A DNA stretch of 64,000 nucleotides from Bugula neritina (GCA_964035545.1 OZ037765.1:4226698-4290697), one strand, 5' to 3'. Positions 12,778-26,684 are shown, counted from the stretch's first letter. The notes: generated by a model from the sequence alone, not told the origin. Made by a program: numbers and translations.

Positions 12778-15639
12778 ATGAATCAAGATACTATGTCTTT
12801 AGATGGTAAGAATATATTCTCATGTCAAAGGGGACATATGAGTAACTTTCATCTGCTTCACATCAATTATACTTTATACTCTGTGCTTTATCAACTTGAG
12901 TATCAATATTTTATTACATATAATCATCTAATTATTGTATATGTTACTGTGGTACCACATACAATACACAGTCATATGTTTGCTGCTTGCAGGATATACA
13001 CATGTTACTGTTATGCTAAACTTACTATACAGTTTGAGACTTAATACATATGTTCCTGTGGTACTGTATACATCATACAGCCATATGATACTATATATGT
13101 TTTCTGTTTGCATGATATATTACTGTAAATACCTGTATAAGTGATCATATTTTGCTATATGATCTATATATAATAGGACTTTGAACTTTGTTTTTGTCTC
13201 ACCAAAATCTTTCTTAAAATGTTCACTATTATGTCACCTTACCTAATCTGAGACATATTTTTTTGGCTCTGTGCATCATAATCGAATTAAAATACTTATA
13301 ACACGTCGTACCTGCATATGACCAATGTGTTAACAATTGTAACAGTCTTTGGCTATTGTCTTTGATCAAATCTAACATTGGCATCATTTATAAATTTTAT
13401 GCAGAAAATTAGAACTATATTTTTTCAGCAAACTCAGTATTCTCTAAAAGTAGGTTTGCTGCACATGCATACATGTAAGTGACATATTCATTTAATATAA
13501 ATACATAACATAATAGTTAATATAAACCCAAAATTTTAGCATAAATATTTATGTACTGTTTTTCGCAATGCATAAAACTAATTTGAAGTCCTGATTAACA
13601 AAGGGGCTGCCTTTCCTTTTGTAGATTATTTCAGGAACTGGGAGTTTAGTCTGTTTAAAACTCCCCCAGGTTTTGACATAGTGCATATAAAACGTCTGGT
13701 GTTTGAAGAAAAGTACAGTGAGCATGGAAATTATGGCGCAGCTACAGTTCTACTGCAAAATGGAGATCTTGATGAAGCCTGGAATTGTATCCGTTATGCC
13801 CTTGAAATTGATCCAAACAGTGTACATGCTTGGTGTAACAAAGGTGTTTACTATTTAAAGTCATCTCCTCCACAAGAAAATGAGGCAAGATTATCTCGTG
13901 ATAAAATGGAAGAATTTTTACAACAAGAAGAAGCAAGAAAGGCTGCTGTTGTTGAGTACGCTTACTGGCAACATAATGTTATTTGCACAGCGCAAGCAAA
14001 AGAGCAGGCTCTCGAGTTATTTCATAATCTATTATCTAATGAGTCCACAGAGCCAGTGATCAAACATCACTATTTTTACATGAAAGTGTTAACAAAGCAT
14101 GCCAAGCGTTCTATTTGGAAAGGAAATGCTAATATAACAACTGAGGTTCAAAGGTCAGTGCTAAAGAAACTATTTGAGGAAGCATTAGTTCTTTTACAGA
14201 CTAATTCACCTGACTATGAAGTTACTGTTTGGCATAGTCTAGCGTTAGTTCTATTGGACAAAACTTCCTTCGAGTTGGTAAGAGAAGGCTTTGATGAAGT
14301 TAACTTTTTCAAACAAAAGTACAAGTTACGTATTATCGACAGTATGTTGTGTGTTGAAAAGATCCTAGAAATCTTTAAACAAAACCCAAGTCTAAAGAAT
14401 TCTAGAGGCGAGGTGTCTAATACAATTGCAAAAGTGTACCTTGATAAGGCACGAAAAATTGAAAATTACACTGAGAGATGGAAGCTGCTAAAGACAGCGC
14501 TGCAATATGGAGAAAAGTACCTGGAAGCAGAAGACAAGTCACCCTGTTTTGGATCTCAAGTATCTTCTGATATTCTAATGCAGATGTGGGCAATGAAGTA
14601 CAGTAAAGCTGAACCAGAGAAGGCCTGGAGTGCCTACAGAGAAATGTCTGGGGATCAAGGTACAAGATATAATTCAAAGTGAATAATTATAATTGAAACT
14701 AACTTATCAATAGCAAAGTTTGAACGCCTACGTATAATATTATCACTCACTTATCACTCACTAAGCAGTGTTGAGTTTGCAGGCTATAACAGCTTAACCT
14801 AGATGTGTTGTGGTTTAGATATGGTCTAGGTCCTAGGGGTTAGGATTCCAGGCAGCCCGGGCTCGATTCCCGTGCAGGAACATCTTTTTATAAATTGTCA
14901 ACCCTGACAGACGCTTGCCTCTTTCTCTCTAAATAGATATAATTGAAAATAACATTATAACTCATTTATCACTCACTAAGCAGTGTTAAGTTTGTAGGCT
15001 GTGCTTTAGACTCACTCTATCTGTTTATCTACAGTGATGCTGATCATTATTATTATTATTATTATTATTATTTATTTCTCCCACCTTGTTTAGCAGCTCT
15101 GTATAATTCAGCAACAAGTCTCCACTTAGCAATCATTACATGGCAGACATATTTGGTAACATCTGCTACAGTCATACTTATTCATATAGTTTTTAAGGTA
15201 ATTTATATTTATTTTAGGAGAATTAAATTCAAAGATGTGGCGCTTCTTGTCTTATGCATTTTACTCTGTTGAGGCTGATAATGACCTTGGTAGGAGAACC
15301 TTGCTAAAGAAAGCAGAGCTGCATCTAGAGAACTTCAAAAAGGAAAACCCATTTAAGTTTCTGTCAAGGTTTGTGATAGTCAAACTGCTTCCCCGATACC
15401 CTACAGAAGATATTGAAGCTGTCTTTCCTAGACTCGAGGAACTGGAAACGAAAGAGCAAAGAGCAGCAATGCTAGAAACTTATGGCAGATTCTGTGAAAT
15501 CAATAACAGGTCTCAAGAAGCCCTTGAGAAATATCAACAGGTGTTATCTTTTTTCCCTGGAGAAAATACCTGTCTTTGGTATTTCAGAATAGCACATCAA
15601 GGAAGTAAAATAATTAAAGAACAATTGAATAAAGAATAA
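12778..15639 (+). CDS. TPR-repeat protein copy 3 (IFIT/TTC22-like), 494 aa
   Basis: Exons 12778-12805, 13625-14659 and 15218-15639 (TAGGAG tandem acceptor); open frame of 1485 nt. Confidence 0.88.
14819..14890 (+). pseudogene. Degenerate tRNA-Glu-derived relic lacking the anticodon arm, in intron 2 of copy 3
   Basis: ATATGGTCTAG..GGTTAGGATTCC/AGGCAGCCCGGGCTCGATTCCCG..GGAA matches the 5' and 3' halves of metazoan tRNA-Glu with the middle deleted; it is followed by a T run. Confidence 0.6.
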
Positions 15640-16714
15640 AACACACTGCATTAACTACACATCTATCTATTACTTATTTCAAGCTGCAAACTAGTTAGTA
15701 TGCAATTACCATATTATTCAGTACTGTTGTAATTATATTGCAGAACACATTTACTCAAGAAAAATATATATTTAGATGTAAAGTTTGGTGTGCCCAATCA
15801 TAATAAACATTATAGGGATGATAATAAGTTGTATCTGGTTCAACTAACCCCACTTCCTATGTGGTTCAACTAGCCCCACTTCCTATGTAGTTCAACTAGC
15901 CCCACTCTCCCTGTGACATATGCTTAAATTATCATCAACTAATTATTCTGGAATGTTCTATTAGAAATCTAATTTTCTGTTATTTGCTATTCATGTATTT
16001 GCTAGAAGAGTCTTTGTGTGGACTGAGCAGCATTTGCATTATTATGAGTCACAAGTGCTTTATTTCAGATTGTTCCACAATAACTTTATTTATATTATCA
16101 ATATTATATAACAACTTTATAATATCTTTATTATGCAAATTTAATACAGATTGTTGGCAATGAAGCTTCTACTACAAGATCTTTCGTAAGGTTTTATAAG
16201 TGTATGGCATTTTTTTCCATTATCTATATATCTTATAATAAACATAGTGTACTTTGAAACACGAGGTGCTCTCTCCTTTCCATATCATATATAGTCATAA
16301 GATAACACAGTGAGATTTTCCTTTAAACTGAGCGCCTTTCCTCCTCAAACCTACACAGAGGCCACTGAAAGAGAAATACTTTGCTGTAGCTTATAGTTAT
16401 CTACTGATCTTTTATCAACACTGTTTTTCACATCGCAGAGGTTTAAATGACATAATAATATATAACTTATTCAATCTATCATATAATTATCAACTTTGTA
16501 ATATCCCAATAACTCTCACTGTTAAAACTAAACATGAATAGAGGTTTGGACAAAAACACCCAAATTCCATGTCACAACTAAGCTTTCAAGTTTGAGTCAT
16601 TTCAATACAATTAGTCCAAGTGGGTATACATGGATGAATAAGTTTCAATAGCCCAATTACTTTTAAATAAGTGCTTTGTGCAAAGCCTGAGTGAGTAATT
16701 TCTATAATTAGTAA

Positions 16715-18170
16715 TATAAGATTTATGTTTATTGTAAGCAGCTAATCAGAAAGAAATCAATATCTATAGTTGCTTTGTATTATAAGTATAAAAAACCCCT
16801 TAGCTAAAAATTTAGGAAGGGGCTTTCCTTAAAATACGGAGCAACTATTTTGTAATGTAAATAAATACGTGGTATTCAAGAAAATGCTAGAAAAAATAAT
16901 CACTTCTGTATGAACTAAACCATAATCTAACAGGAACTATTGTGAATTAATGTAATATATAATATGACTCAAACATATCTGTATAGTTCTTGTTTAGAAG
17001 TAGATAATCTGCTGTATTGTTTTATATACTGTTTAGTTCTTAACATTTAATATACTTTATAATATGTGTAATGTATATATGCTATATTGAACTGATAATA
17101 TTGGATGTGGTTGTAATAAGATTATAGATTTCAGATAACTTGTAGAATGGTATTTTATTATTATAAACACACAGGACAACTTTCTGGTGCAGTTACATTA
17201 ATATGAATGATCTCTTATATAACTTCTATATTATATAATTGTTATTATATTATATAATATATATTATAATTGTATTAGCATAAGTACAAAAACCCCTTAG
17301 TTGAAAATTTGAGAAGGGGATTTCCCTAAAATACTAACCTTCGGCAATGTAAATAAATATTCAAGAAAATGTTAGCCAAAACATAGAAATAGAATACTTA
17401 ACTGCTGGAACTAATCAATAATCTATAATAGTAAAATGCAGTATAAAATGTGTGGTTTAAACATGGCTTTATAGCTTTAGTGTAATGAAATGATATTAAC
17501 AAAGGTGATTAATGTAAGATTATAGATTTTATATTACTTTTATATAATAGTATTTTATTATAAACACACAACGCAACTTTCTGGCGCAGTTATATAAATA
17601 TGAGTGATCTTTTATATAACTTCTATATTATATAACTGTTGCATGTATGGCTTATAATTATAATTGTATAGTTGAGTAGGGTAATATAAGATTTATGTTT
17701 ATTGTAAGCAGCTAATCAGAAACACACCATATCTATATATTATAGTTGCATTTGTATATAAGTATAAAAAGCATTTAGTGGAAAATTTAAGAAGGGGGTT
17801 TCCCTATATTAATACTAACAACCCTAATTCTGCAATGTAAATAAATAGTCAAGAAAATGCTAGACAAAACAAAAAAATAGAATACTCAACTGCTGGAACT
17901 AACCAATAATCTAATAGTAAAATGCAATATAAAATGTGTGGTTTAAACATGGCTTTATAGCTTTAGTGTAATGAAATGATATTATTGATTAATGTGAATG
18001 ATGTAAGATTATAGATTTTATATTATTTTTATATAATAGTATTTTATTATTATAAACACACAGTACAATTTTTTGGTGCAGTTAAATTAATATGAATGAT
18101 CTGTATAACTAACATATTATATAACCGTTATACGGCTTATAATTATAACTGTATAGTTTATTAATTGTGT
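16715..18170. repeat. Local degenerate tandem triplication, ~490-bp period
   Basis: Recurring blocks TAATATAAGATTTATGTTTATTGTAAGCAGCTAATCAGAAA (~16712, ~17682), AAGGGG..TTTCC (16819, 17316, 17794) and GTAAGATTATAGATTT-like...AAACACACA...CTGGTGCAGTTA (~17115, ~17515, ~18003). Confidence 0.75.
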
Positions 18171-19772
18171 TTACAGTTATACGAAATTAGCTTGAATTTG
18201 TATATGTGAATCACTAACTATTAGAATAAGATTTATTCTATGACTCACCTTATAATCATTCGCAGTTTTAGTCATAATTTTATAATTAGGTATATAAAGT
18301 TATAAAGCTGTGACAGTACACATGTGGTATAGGACAGATGTGTAACAATAACTCAGCGTGTTGCTAGTTGTCAATATAGTCTATATTTCCATATACAAAA
18401 CTGTAACCTATAAAAGTATAAATAATCTGGTTAAATTTACACTCATTACTTACAGTTACTGCTTAAAGAATTTTCACTCAAATAGAAACAAAAGCTAAAA
18501 TAATACTCATAATTATTTTGTCAATATAAAGTGTATAAGTTGTGTACATATTTTAACAAAAGGAAAACTATGAGAGATGTGAGTACATGCAGCTGCAACT
18601 TTTCTCCTTCACTTCTTTAGCTGCACTGACTTATACCACAACAAAAAGCTAGCAGTCGAAAAGTTACTTATACCTAAAAGCTATAACGAAAAACTTAGGC
18701 CAAAAAGCTCCTATTACAATTTGCCACATTCTTCCTAATTCAAAATTAATTTCTATCATCTGCAAACTAAATAACCTTGCACGTTGCAGGCATAATATAT
18801 TAAAACTTTTTTTATACTGCCGTAACTTTATGTAACTTTCAGACTTGGTAGATCAATTAATTTAAGTTTGTTTCAAGAGAGCAGCAGAAGGCTATAATAG
18901 TTGACAAAAGATAAACTGTGCAAACTATTTTTGTTATTATTCATCAATTAATGATGATGCACTGTCACTGTAGATGTTTACAAACTGAGATTGTTCTTAG
19001 CTTTCAAATGACAAAGTGTGTAATAAACTATTATTTATTTATATGATTATTGCAAATATTAGTATTTCTACTTAATATGATCAGTTGCATAAAATGCTTA
19101 TAGGTTTATCAGCCTTGATTTTAATAAAAACCCTCACAGTGTATAGCTTTCGAGAATTGTGCCACATTGTCTGGGATAACTCAGAAGAACCTGAAAACAT
19201 TGCTTTGCTGCTTGCTGGCACAACGCTATGATTCAAACATACAAGACTCTATAGATTTATTTGACAATCTATACCTAATGAGTTCACATAACTTTCAAGT
19301 GATTGCAATACCTGCGTCATGCCTGTACAAAGTATCAACGGTCAACCTGATGTAGTTTTGGCAGGATAGTGATATTTTGTAGAGTTATCTTCTTTATTGT
19401 ATGGAATAGCATTGGTAGTATTGTTTATTTTGCATTTTTACCTCAACACTACTCCTAATTTTACATCATTCTCCTTCTACATTAATATGAATTATACATA
19501 TATATATATATATATATATTACGCTCTCATTTAATGCTCAGCAATGACATTAAATGATTGAGCACTCTCACCATGGTCACAAACTCAAGCTGCTAGCATT
19601 TTGCAATGCTCGTGACTCCTAGAGTCACTTGGGCACTCTGGCTTGAGTTTACACACCTTTTAAATATGCTTTAGTGAAACTATAAGTTTTACTATTGCGA
19701 ATGTGTGGGCCATGGTACTCTGTTCTGTGCTGATAAGGGGACAAATCCCGAAACAGCTGCTGTCCACAGATT

Positions 19773-19939
<167 letters not shown>

Positions 19940-20318
19940 CAATCTGTGGACAGTGGCTGTTTGGAATTTATCCCCCCACCAGCACAGAACAGAGTACCAT
20001 ATATATACATAATATTTATTTGACATTTTTACCTTTAATTGCTTATAATGGTAGAGAAAATTCACCATGGTTGTTTTTTAAGTTCAAGAGTGGCATTCTT
20101 GTAACATTTATATGTTATAGTGATGGAGTTTAACGAAAAATAGAATAACACATGACTTTCAGAGTTGTGGTAACATGTCTAAAATTAACCAATCAGCTGA
20201 GTTCAGTGTTGATATAAATAGACTAGTAGCTGTACACTGCCTGCCATTTCACTTCAAGTATTCAATCATTTATATGTTAGCTTAGACAATTCTATAAAAG
20301 GTGTAGAAAGCTATCAAC

Positions 20319-23107
20319 ATGAATCAAGATACTATATCTTTAGATGGTAAGAATATATCCTCATGTCAAAGAGGGCATATGAGTAACTTTTATCTGCCTC
20401 ATATCAATTATGCTTTATACTCTGTGCTTTGTCAACTTGAGTATCAATATTTTATATAATCATCCAATTATTGTATACATGTTACTGTGGTACCACATAC
20501 AATACACAGTCATACTTTTTCTGCTTGCAGAATATACTCATGTTACTGTTATGCTATACTTACTGTACAGTTTTAGACTTGATGCATATGTTTCTGTGGT
20601 ACTGTATATTGTATAATTTTTCTGTTTGCAGGATATATTACTGTATATATGCATGTATAAGTGATGATAATTTCCTATATGATCTGTATATAATAGGACT
20701 CGTTGACTTTGTTTTTGTTTCATAAAAGCTGTTCCTAGAATTTTCACTATTTTATCACATTAACTAAACTGAGATAGTTTGACTCTGTTTGTCATAATAC
20801 TAGTTAAAATACTTATAATGGCGCATACCAGCATATAATCAATTTATCTACTATTTTAACACTTCTGATTGCCATATTTGATCAAATTTAATTTTGGAGA
20901 TATTCTCAATTTATTCAAGTTTGCTGCACATGCATACATATAAGTTATGGTTTTATTTAATGTAATTAATGCACAACATAAGAAAGGAAATCAACACAAA
21001 ATAGCATCATAAGTATCTGAATAGTGTTTTCACAATACATACAACTAATTTTAAGCCATGATAAACAATAGGGACTGCTTTTCCTTTGTAGATTATTTCA
21101 GGAGCTGGGAGTTTAGTCTGTTTAAAACTCCCCCAGGTTTTGACGTAATGCATATAAGGTGCATGGTGTTTGACGAGAAGTACAGTGAGCACGGAAACTA
21201 TGGCGCTGCTACAGTTCTACTGCAAAATGGAGATCTTGATGAAGCCTGGAATTATATCAACTTTGCTCTGGAAATTGACCCAAACAGCGTACATGCTTGG
21301 TGTAACAAAGGTGTCTACTATTTGAAGTCGTCTCCTCCGCAAGAAAGTGAGGCAAAATTGGCTCGTGATAAAATGAAAGAGCTCTTACAACAAGAAGAAG
21401 CAAGAAAAACTGCTGCTATTGAGTACGCCTACTGCGGCAACATAATGTTATTCACACAGCACAAGCAAAAGAGGAGGCGCTTGAGTTATTTGACAGACTA
21501 TTATCCAATGAGTCCACAGAACCAGTGATCAAACATCACTATTTATACATGAAAGTGTTAACAAGTCATGTCAAGCGTTCTATTTGGAAAGGAAATGCTA
21601 ATATGACAACTGAGGTTCAAAGGTCAGTGCTAAAGAAACTATTTGAGGAAGCCTTGATTCTTTTACAAACAAATTCACCTGACCAAGAAGTTGCTGTCTG
21701 GCATAGTCTAGCTTTAGTTCTAATAGACAAGACGGCCTGCATGTTGATTAGTCACGGCTTCGATGAAGAAAAGTTCTCCCAAGATGTGCACAGGATAAGT
21801 GATATCGACAGGATGTTTTGTGTTGATAAAATAATAAACATTTTACAACAAAATCCAACTCTGATAGGTTTCAGGAGCCAGGTGTGTGCTACAATTGCAA
21901 AGGTGTACCTTGAGAAAGCGCGAGAAACTGAGAATTATACTGAGAGATACGAGCTGCTAAAGACAGCGTTGCAATATGGAGAAATGTCTCCCGAAACAGA
22001 AAACACATCACCCTGTTTTGGATCTCAAGTATCTTCTGATATTCTAATGCAGATGTGGGCAATGAAGTACAGTGAAGCTGAGCCAGAGAAAGCCTGGAGT
22101 GCCTACAGAGAAATATTTGGAGATCAAGGTACAAGATATAATGTAAAGCGAATAATTATAAGTGAAACCATTTTATCAATAGCATAGTTTGTATAGCCGT
22201 GGTCTAGGGGTTAGAGCGTTCGCTTTGTGAACACGAAGTTGTGGGTTCAAACCCCGACAAAGGCCATTGGTGATGTTAGGAAGAGCATCCAGTCATAATT
22301 GCTCCTGTGCCTCATTTGAACATGTCCTTAGCCCGTTCTAACAAAAACCCTTTCTATCAGGGGTTTCTCACAGGGATAGCGGCTATAAACTTGCGTGAGT
22401 TTTTTTTTTATAGTTTGTACTCTTATAATATTATTACTCACTTATAACTCACTAAGCAGTGTTGAATTTGCAGGCTATAACAGCTTAACCTAGATGTGTT
22501 GTGGTTTAGACTCATTCCATCTGTATATCTGTATATCGTGTTTCTCCACCTTGTTTAGCAGCTCTGTGTAATCCAGCTGACAAGTCTATGCTTACAATCC
22601 CAGCATTTAGTATATTTCAGGTGTATCAGTCAACACCTGATAGCTTCTCAATTACGCATATCGTTTGTTAAGTAGTTTCTGTTTGGTTTAGCTAAATCAA
22701 GGCTGTTGCTATTCTTGTCCAATGAATTCTACTCTGTGGAAGCTGATAATGACCCTGACAGAAGAGCCTTGCTGGAGAAAGCAGAACGACATCTAGAAAG
22801 CTTCAAAAAGGAAAATCCATGTAAGTTTCTGTCAAGATTTGTGACAGTCAAACTGCTTCTCGGATACCCTACAAAAGAAATTGAAGCTGTCTTTCCTAGA
22901 CTCGAGGAACTGGAAACGAATGAGCTAAGAGCAGCAATGCTGGCAACTTATGGCAGGTTCTGTGAAATCAACAACAGGCTTGAAGAAGCCCTTCAGAAAT
23001 ATCAACAGGTGCTATCTTATGACACAGGAGAAAATAGCTATCTTTGGTATTTCAGAATGGCACGTCAAGGAATTAGAAGAATTAGAGAACAATTGAATAA
23101 AGAATAA
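20319..23107 (+). pseudogene. TPR-repeat gene copy 4, frameshifted (or assembly error)
   Basis: Exons 20319-20346, 21092-22128 and 22692-23107. Exon 2 is 1037 nt versus 1035: TACTGCGGCAA versus TACTGGCAA in paralogs (+2 nt at ~21435), giving TGA at 21526-21528. Confidence 0.8.
22194..22409 (+). mobile_element. tRNA-derived SINE with 10-bp target-site duplication
   Basis: A box TGGTCTAGGGG, B box GGTTCAAACCC, T-rich tail; ATAGTTTGTA at 22184-22193 and 22410-22419. Paralogous introns show the empty site. Confidence 0.9.
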
Positions 23108-25059
23108 AATGTTCTGCATTACCTTCACTGCAGCTATCTATTACTAACTTCACGCTGCAAACAAATTATTATACAATTACAATACTATTGCTACAATCAT
23201 GCTGCAGAAAAAATTTAATTAAGAATAATATGTACTTAGATGTAAAACTTGGTGTGCACAATTATAATAAACATGTTGAAAATAACTCGTCTTGCAAGTT
23301 GTACCTGTTTCAACTAGCTCCACTTCCTATGTGGTTAAACTAGCCCCACTCTCCCCTGTAACATATGCTTGAATTACTATGAACTAATTATTCTGGCATG
23401 TTTTATTCGAAATCTAATTTTTGTTATTTGTTCTTCATATATTTTCTAAAATATCCTTTGTATAAATTTAGCAGCATTTGCATTATTATGAGTCACAAGT
23501 GATTTATTTCAGATTGTCCCACAATAACTTTATTTATATTTGTACTAATATATAATAACTTATTAATTTTTTTATTATGCAAACTGAAATAATTTATTAG
23601 CATTGGGGTTTTTGTTGGAATCTTTAATAAAATGTTATAAATGTATAATACCATTTTCCATAATCTATGTATACTAAGCATAGCGTACTTTGAAACGCAA
23701 GGTGCTCTCTCTTCTTTATATAATATATAGTCATAAGATAACACAGTGAGATTTTCCTTTAAACTGAGCTTTTAATAATCTTCATTGAGTGAGAAATACT
23801 TTGCTGCAGCTTATAGTTATCTACTGATCTTTGATGAACACTGTACGTTTTTACATTACCGAGGTTTAAATGATATAATAATATAACTTATTCAATCTAT
23901 CATATAATTTTTAACTTTTTAATATCTCAATAACTCTCATTGTTAATTTAATTAAACATGAATAAAGGTTTGAGCAAAAACACCCGCATTGGATGTCACA
24001 ACTAAGCCTTCAGGTTTGATTCATTCATACAATTAGCATAGGGCCACACTACGATCTTTTGTAACACACCCTGTTGGTGCAAATGAATAAAAACCCAAGT
24101 ATTGAAAATGCATCCACAAACTACTTCTACTTAACTTGTCAACCTTATTCTCATTAACCTTTAGCCATATTTGTTTTCCATAGCATTAGCACCTGTTTTG
24201 AACTGTGTTATTTTAGCCAACACATCTGGTAAACTAATCAGTTTTTAACTAGCAATATAAACACTTGTGAGCTGTACGTCATGCTTTGTTCTAGACTTGG
24301 CCTAGCCATGGTGGGTCAAGTGCTAGAGCCATGACTTGTGCAGCCGTTTTATCGAACTAGTAGAGCCAATCAGGTAATACAGTTATTCCTAATAATTACT
24401 AATATCTTTGCATTTTAATAGAATATGAACTAACTTGGTGACTTATTATACATCATTGCATATTTTTACTAACATGTTGTTTTATACATTACTATTATGG
24501 TTTTCACGTTGCCTTATGGCATCAGTCGAGACTTGCGGCTCCAATAAAGTACCATTACCACCAAAACATATAAACGGCCGCTACAAGTCATATCAAATGT
24601 CTTATCATAATGCTGTATTACTTTATAATATAATTTTCAGAAGTGGTTTGTTTTGCAGAAAGCAGCAGAATGCCTCGGTTGAGTGTTCCTGCTGGCAATA
24701 TACTATGATTCAAAACGCAAGACTCCATATTTATTTGACAATCTGTAACCTATAATATTGAGAACTTTCACATAATTTTCAAGTGATTGCCATACCTGCG
24801 TCATACGAGGGTGTGTGTTGCGATGTTTAATAGAGTTATCTTCTTTAAAATATAAAATAGCCTTGGTGCTAGAAATAGAACAAGGTTTTCAGCCAGCAGA
24901 GCAAGCAATTGGCGCGCCCGGGCCTTTAAATTACAATTATTACATATTCGAAATCAGTATTCATTATCATAATCATGGAGACCGTCCCCAGTCATCATCA
25001 TTATTATAACCATAATAATAATTATTCAGTTAGACGGCAGAAGTGTTCTCTGTGACTAT

Positions 25060-26170
25060 CACAATGTCTATTACTAGTACTTTTATAATAATTATTATCA
25101 TTATTAGTTTTTACTTATGGTTATTAGTTATTAGTATCAGTATGCAGTGTGAGTGCACCTAACATAAACTAAAACATATTCGAAACTTAAAGTACTACTA
25201 CTACTGCTACGACTAATAGTAGTACTAGTAGTACTACTACTGGTGGTAGTACTAGTAGTAGTATTACTATTATTATTAATATTACTATTAGTATTACTAT
25301 TAGGCTAATGGTAATACTGAGTATTAGTAAGACTAATAGTAATACTAATAGTAATAGTAATACAGTAATAGTAATAATATTTTGTTACTAGTACAGTATT
25401 ACTATTAGTATTAGTATTACTATTACTATTAGCCATTACTATTATAATTACTATTAGTATTAGGCATTACCATAAGATTAAGTATTATAATAATTACTAT
25501 AAATTAGTATTACTATTACTATTAGTATTAGTTAATAGTTATTGGTTATTAATATTAGAGTTGGACTAAAAAGTAAAAAATAAGGCATATCAAAATGAAA
25601 ATGTCAATTGCTATTAGTATAACTATAGTATAGTAATACTATTAGTATTACTATTTGTATTAGTAATAGTAATACTAATAGTATTACTGTAATAGTATTA
25701 CTAATAGTATTACAATTACTATTAGCATTAGTAGTGAATTACTTTAAAACTATGAGTATGACTTATGAGTACGAGTTTAACTAGTAGTCGTAACTACTAA
25801 TTTTTAGTTGATACTAATTGTTTTGTTAATACTAATAGTAATAATAGTACAATATTAGTAATGTTGATAATGATAGATTAATAGTTAATAAGTTATAGAC
25901 TAATAGCCTACTAATGAGTAATGGTTATAGTGACACTAATAGTAATACTTACTACTTAGACAGCTAAGGTTAAACTTATTGATAGTCTTATAATAATAAT
26001 CTATTTATATGTTATTAGATCAACTTTAACTTGTTAATAATATAAGTAGGTAATTATGAAAAATAAATTTAATGTTAATAAATAGCAACTCATAATCATA
26101 AAGTAAATTGTAATGGTAATCACTTGATAATGGTAATCATAATGATAATCATAATGCATTATTATTAGTA
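25060..26170. repeat. Low-complexity TAG/TAC/TAA/TAT-type cryptic simple sequence
   Basis: Runs of AGTATTACTATT, ACTAGT and TAATAG upstream of DNAJC9. Confidence 0.85.
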
Positions 26171-26684
26171 TTACCGTGAGTATGTCTAAATTAGCTTTCG
26201 GATGTTTTTCCAAAACAAATAAACCACTTTCAGTCATTAAAAAGTTGAGGACATAAGAGTGTCACGCATGCAGAGATTTCTGGATATAAATATGTAATTA
26301 ATTTGACTGAACAGTTTAACTTTAAGGAATGCCTACTCACCAGTCAACACATTTGCTCACAAAGCTTGCCGTAAATGTAATTTAGCCAGTTTCTCACAAA
26401 GCATTTTTATTTTTAATAAATTCATAACTTTTTAAACGTAATTTGTATTACATCAGATCCGTCTCAATGTGATCAGGCTTGATAATGTTTCTAGTATATT
26501 GTTTATTTTCCTATTCTTTATAAGGCTTACAAGTTACAACCATTTTATGTATGCACAAAGTTATATGGTGGACTTTAGCTATATGTAGACAAAGTGTTTT
26601 ATGAAAATATTGATGAATTAATCAACCAGCATTGCGCATCTATTTCAGTGAGTAATTATCACATGACACCGGTCACATGACATC

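Noticed and set aside
21058-21091. In-frame ATG (MINNRDCFSFV) upstream of copy 4 exon 2 as the true start
   Set aside because: It lies in the polypyrimidine tract; it is out of frame in copy 1 and absent in other copies, whereas exon 1 is conserved.
22194-22265. Functional tRNA gene
   Set aside because: A and B boxes are present but no clean cloverleaf; it continues into a shared SINE body with a TSD.
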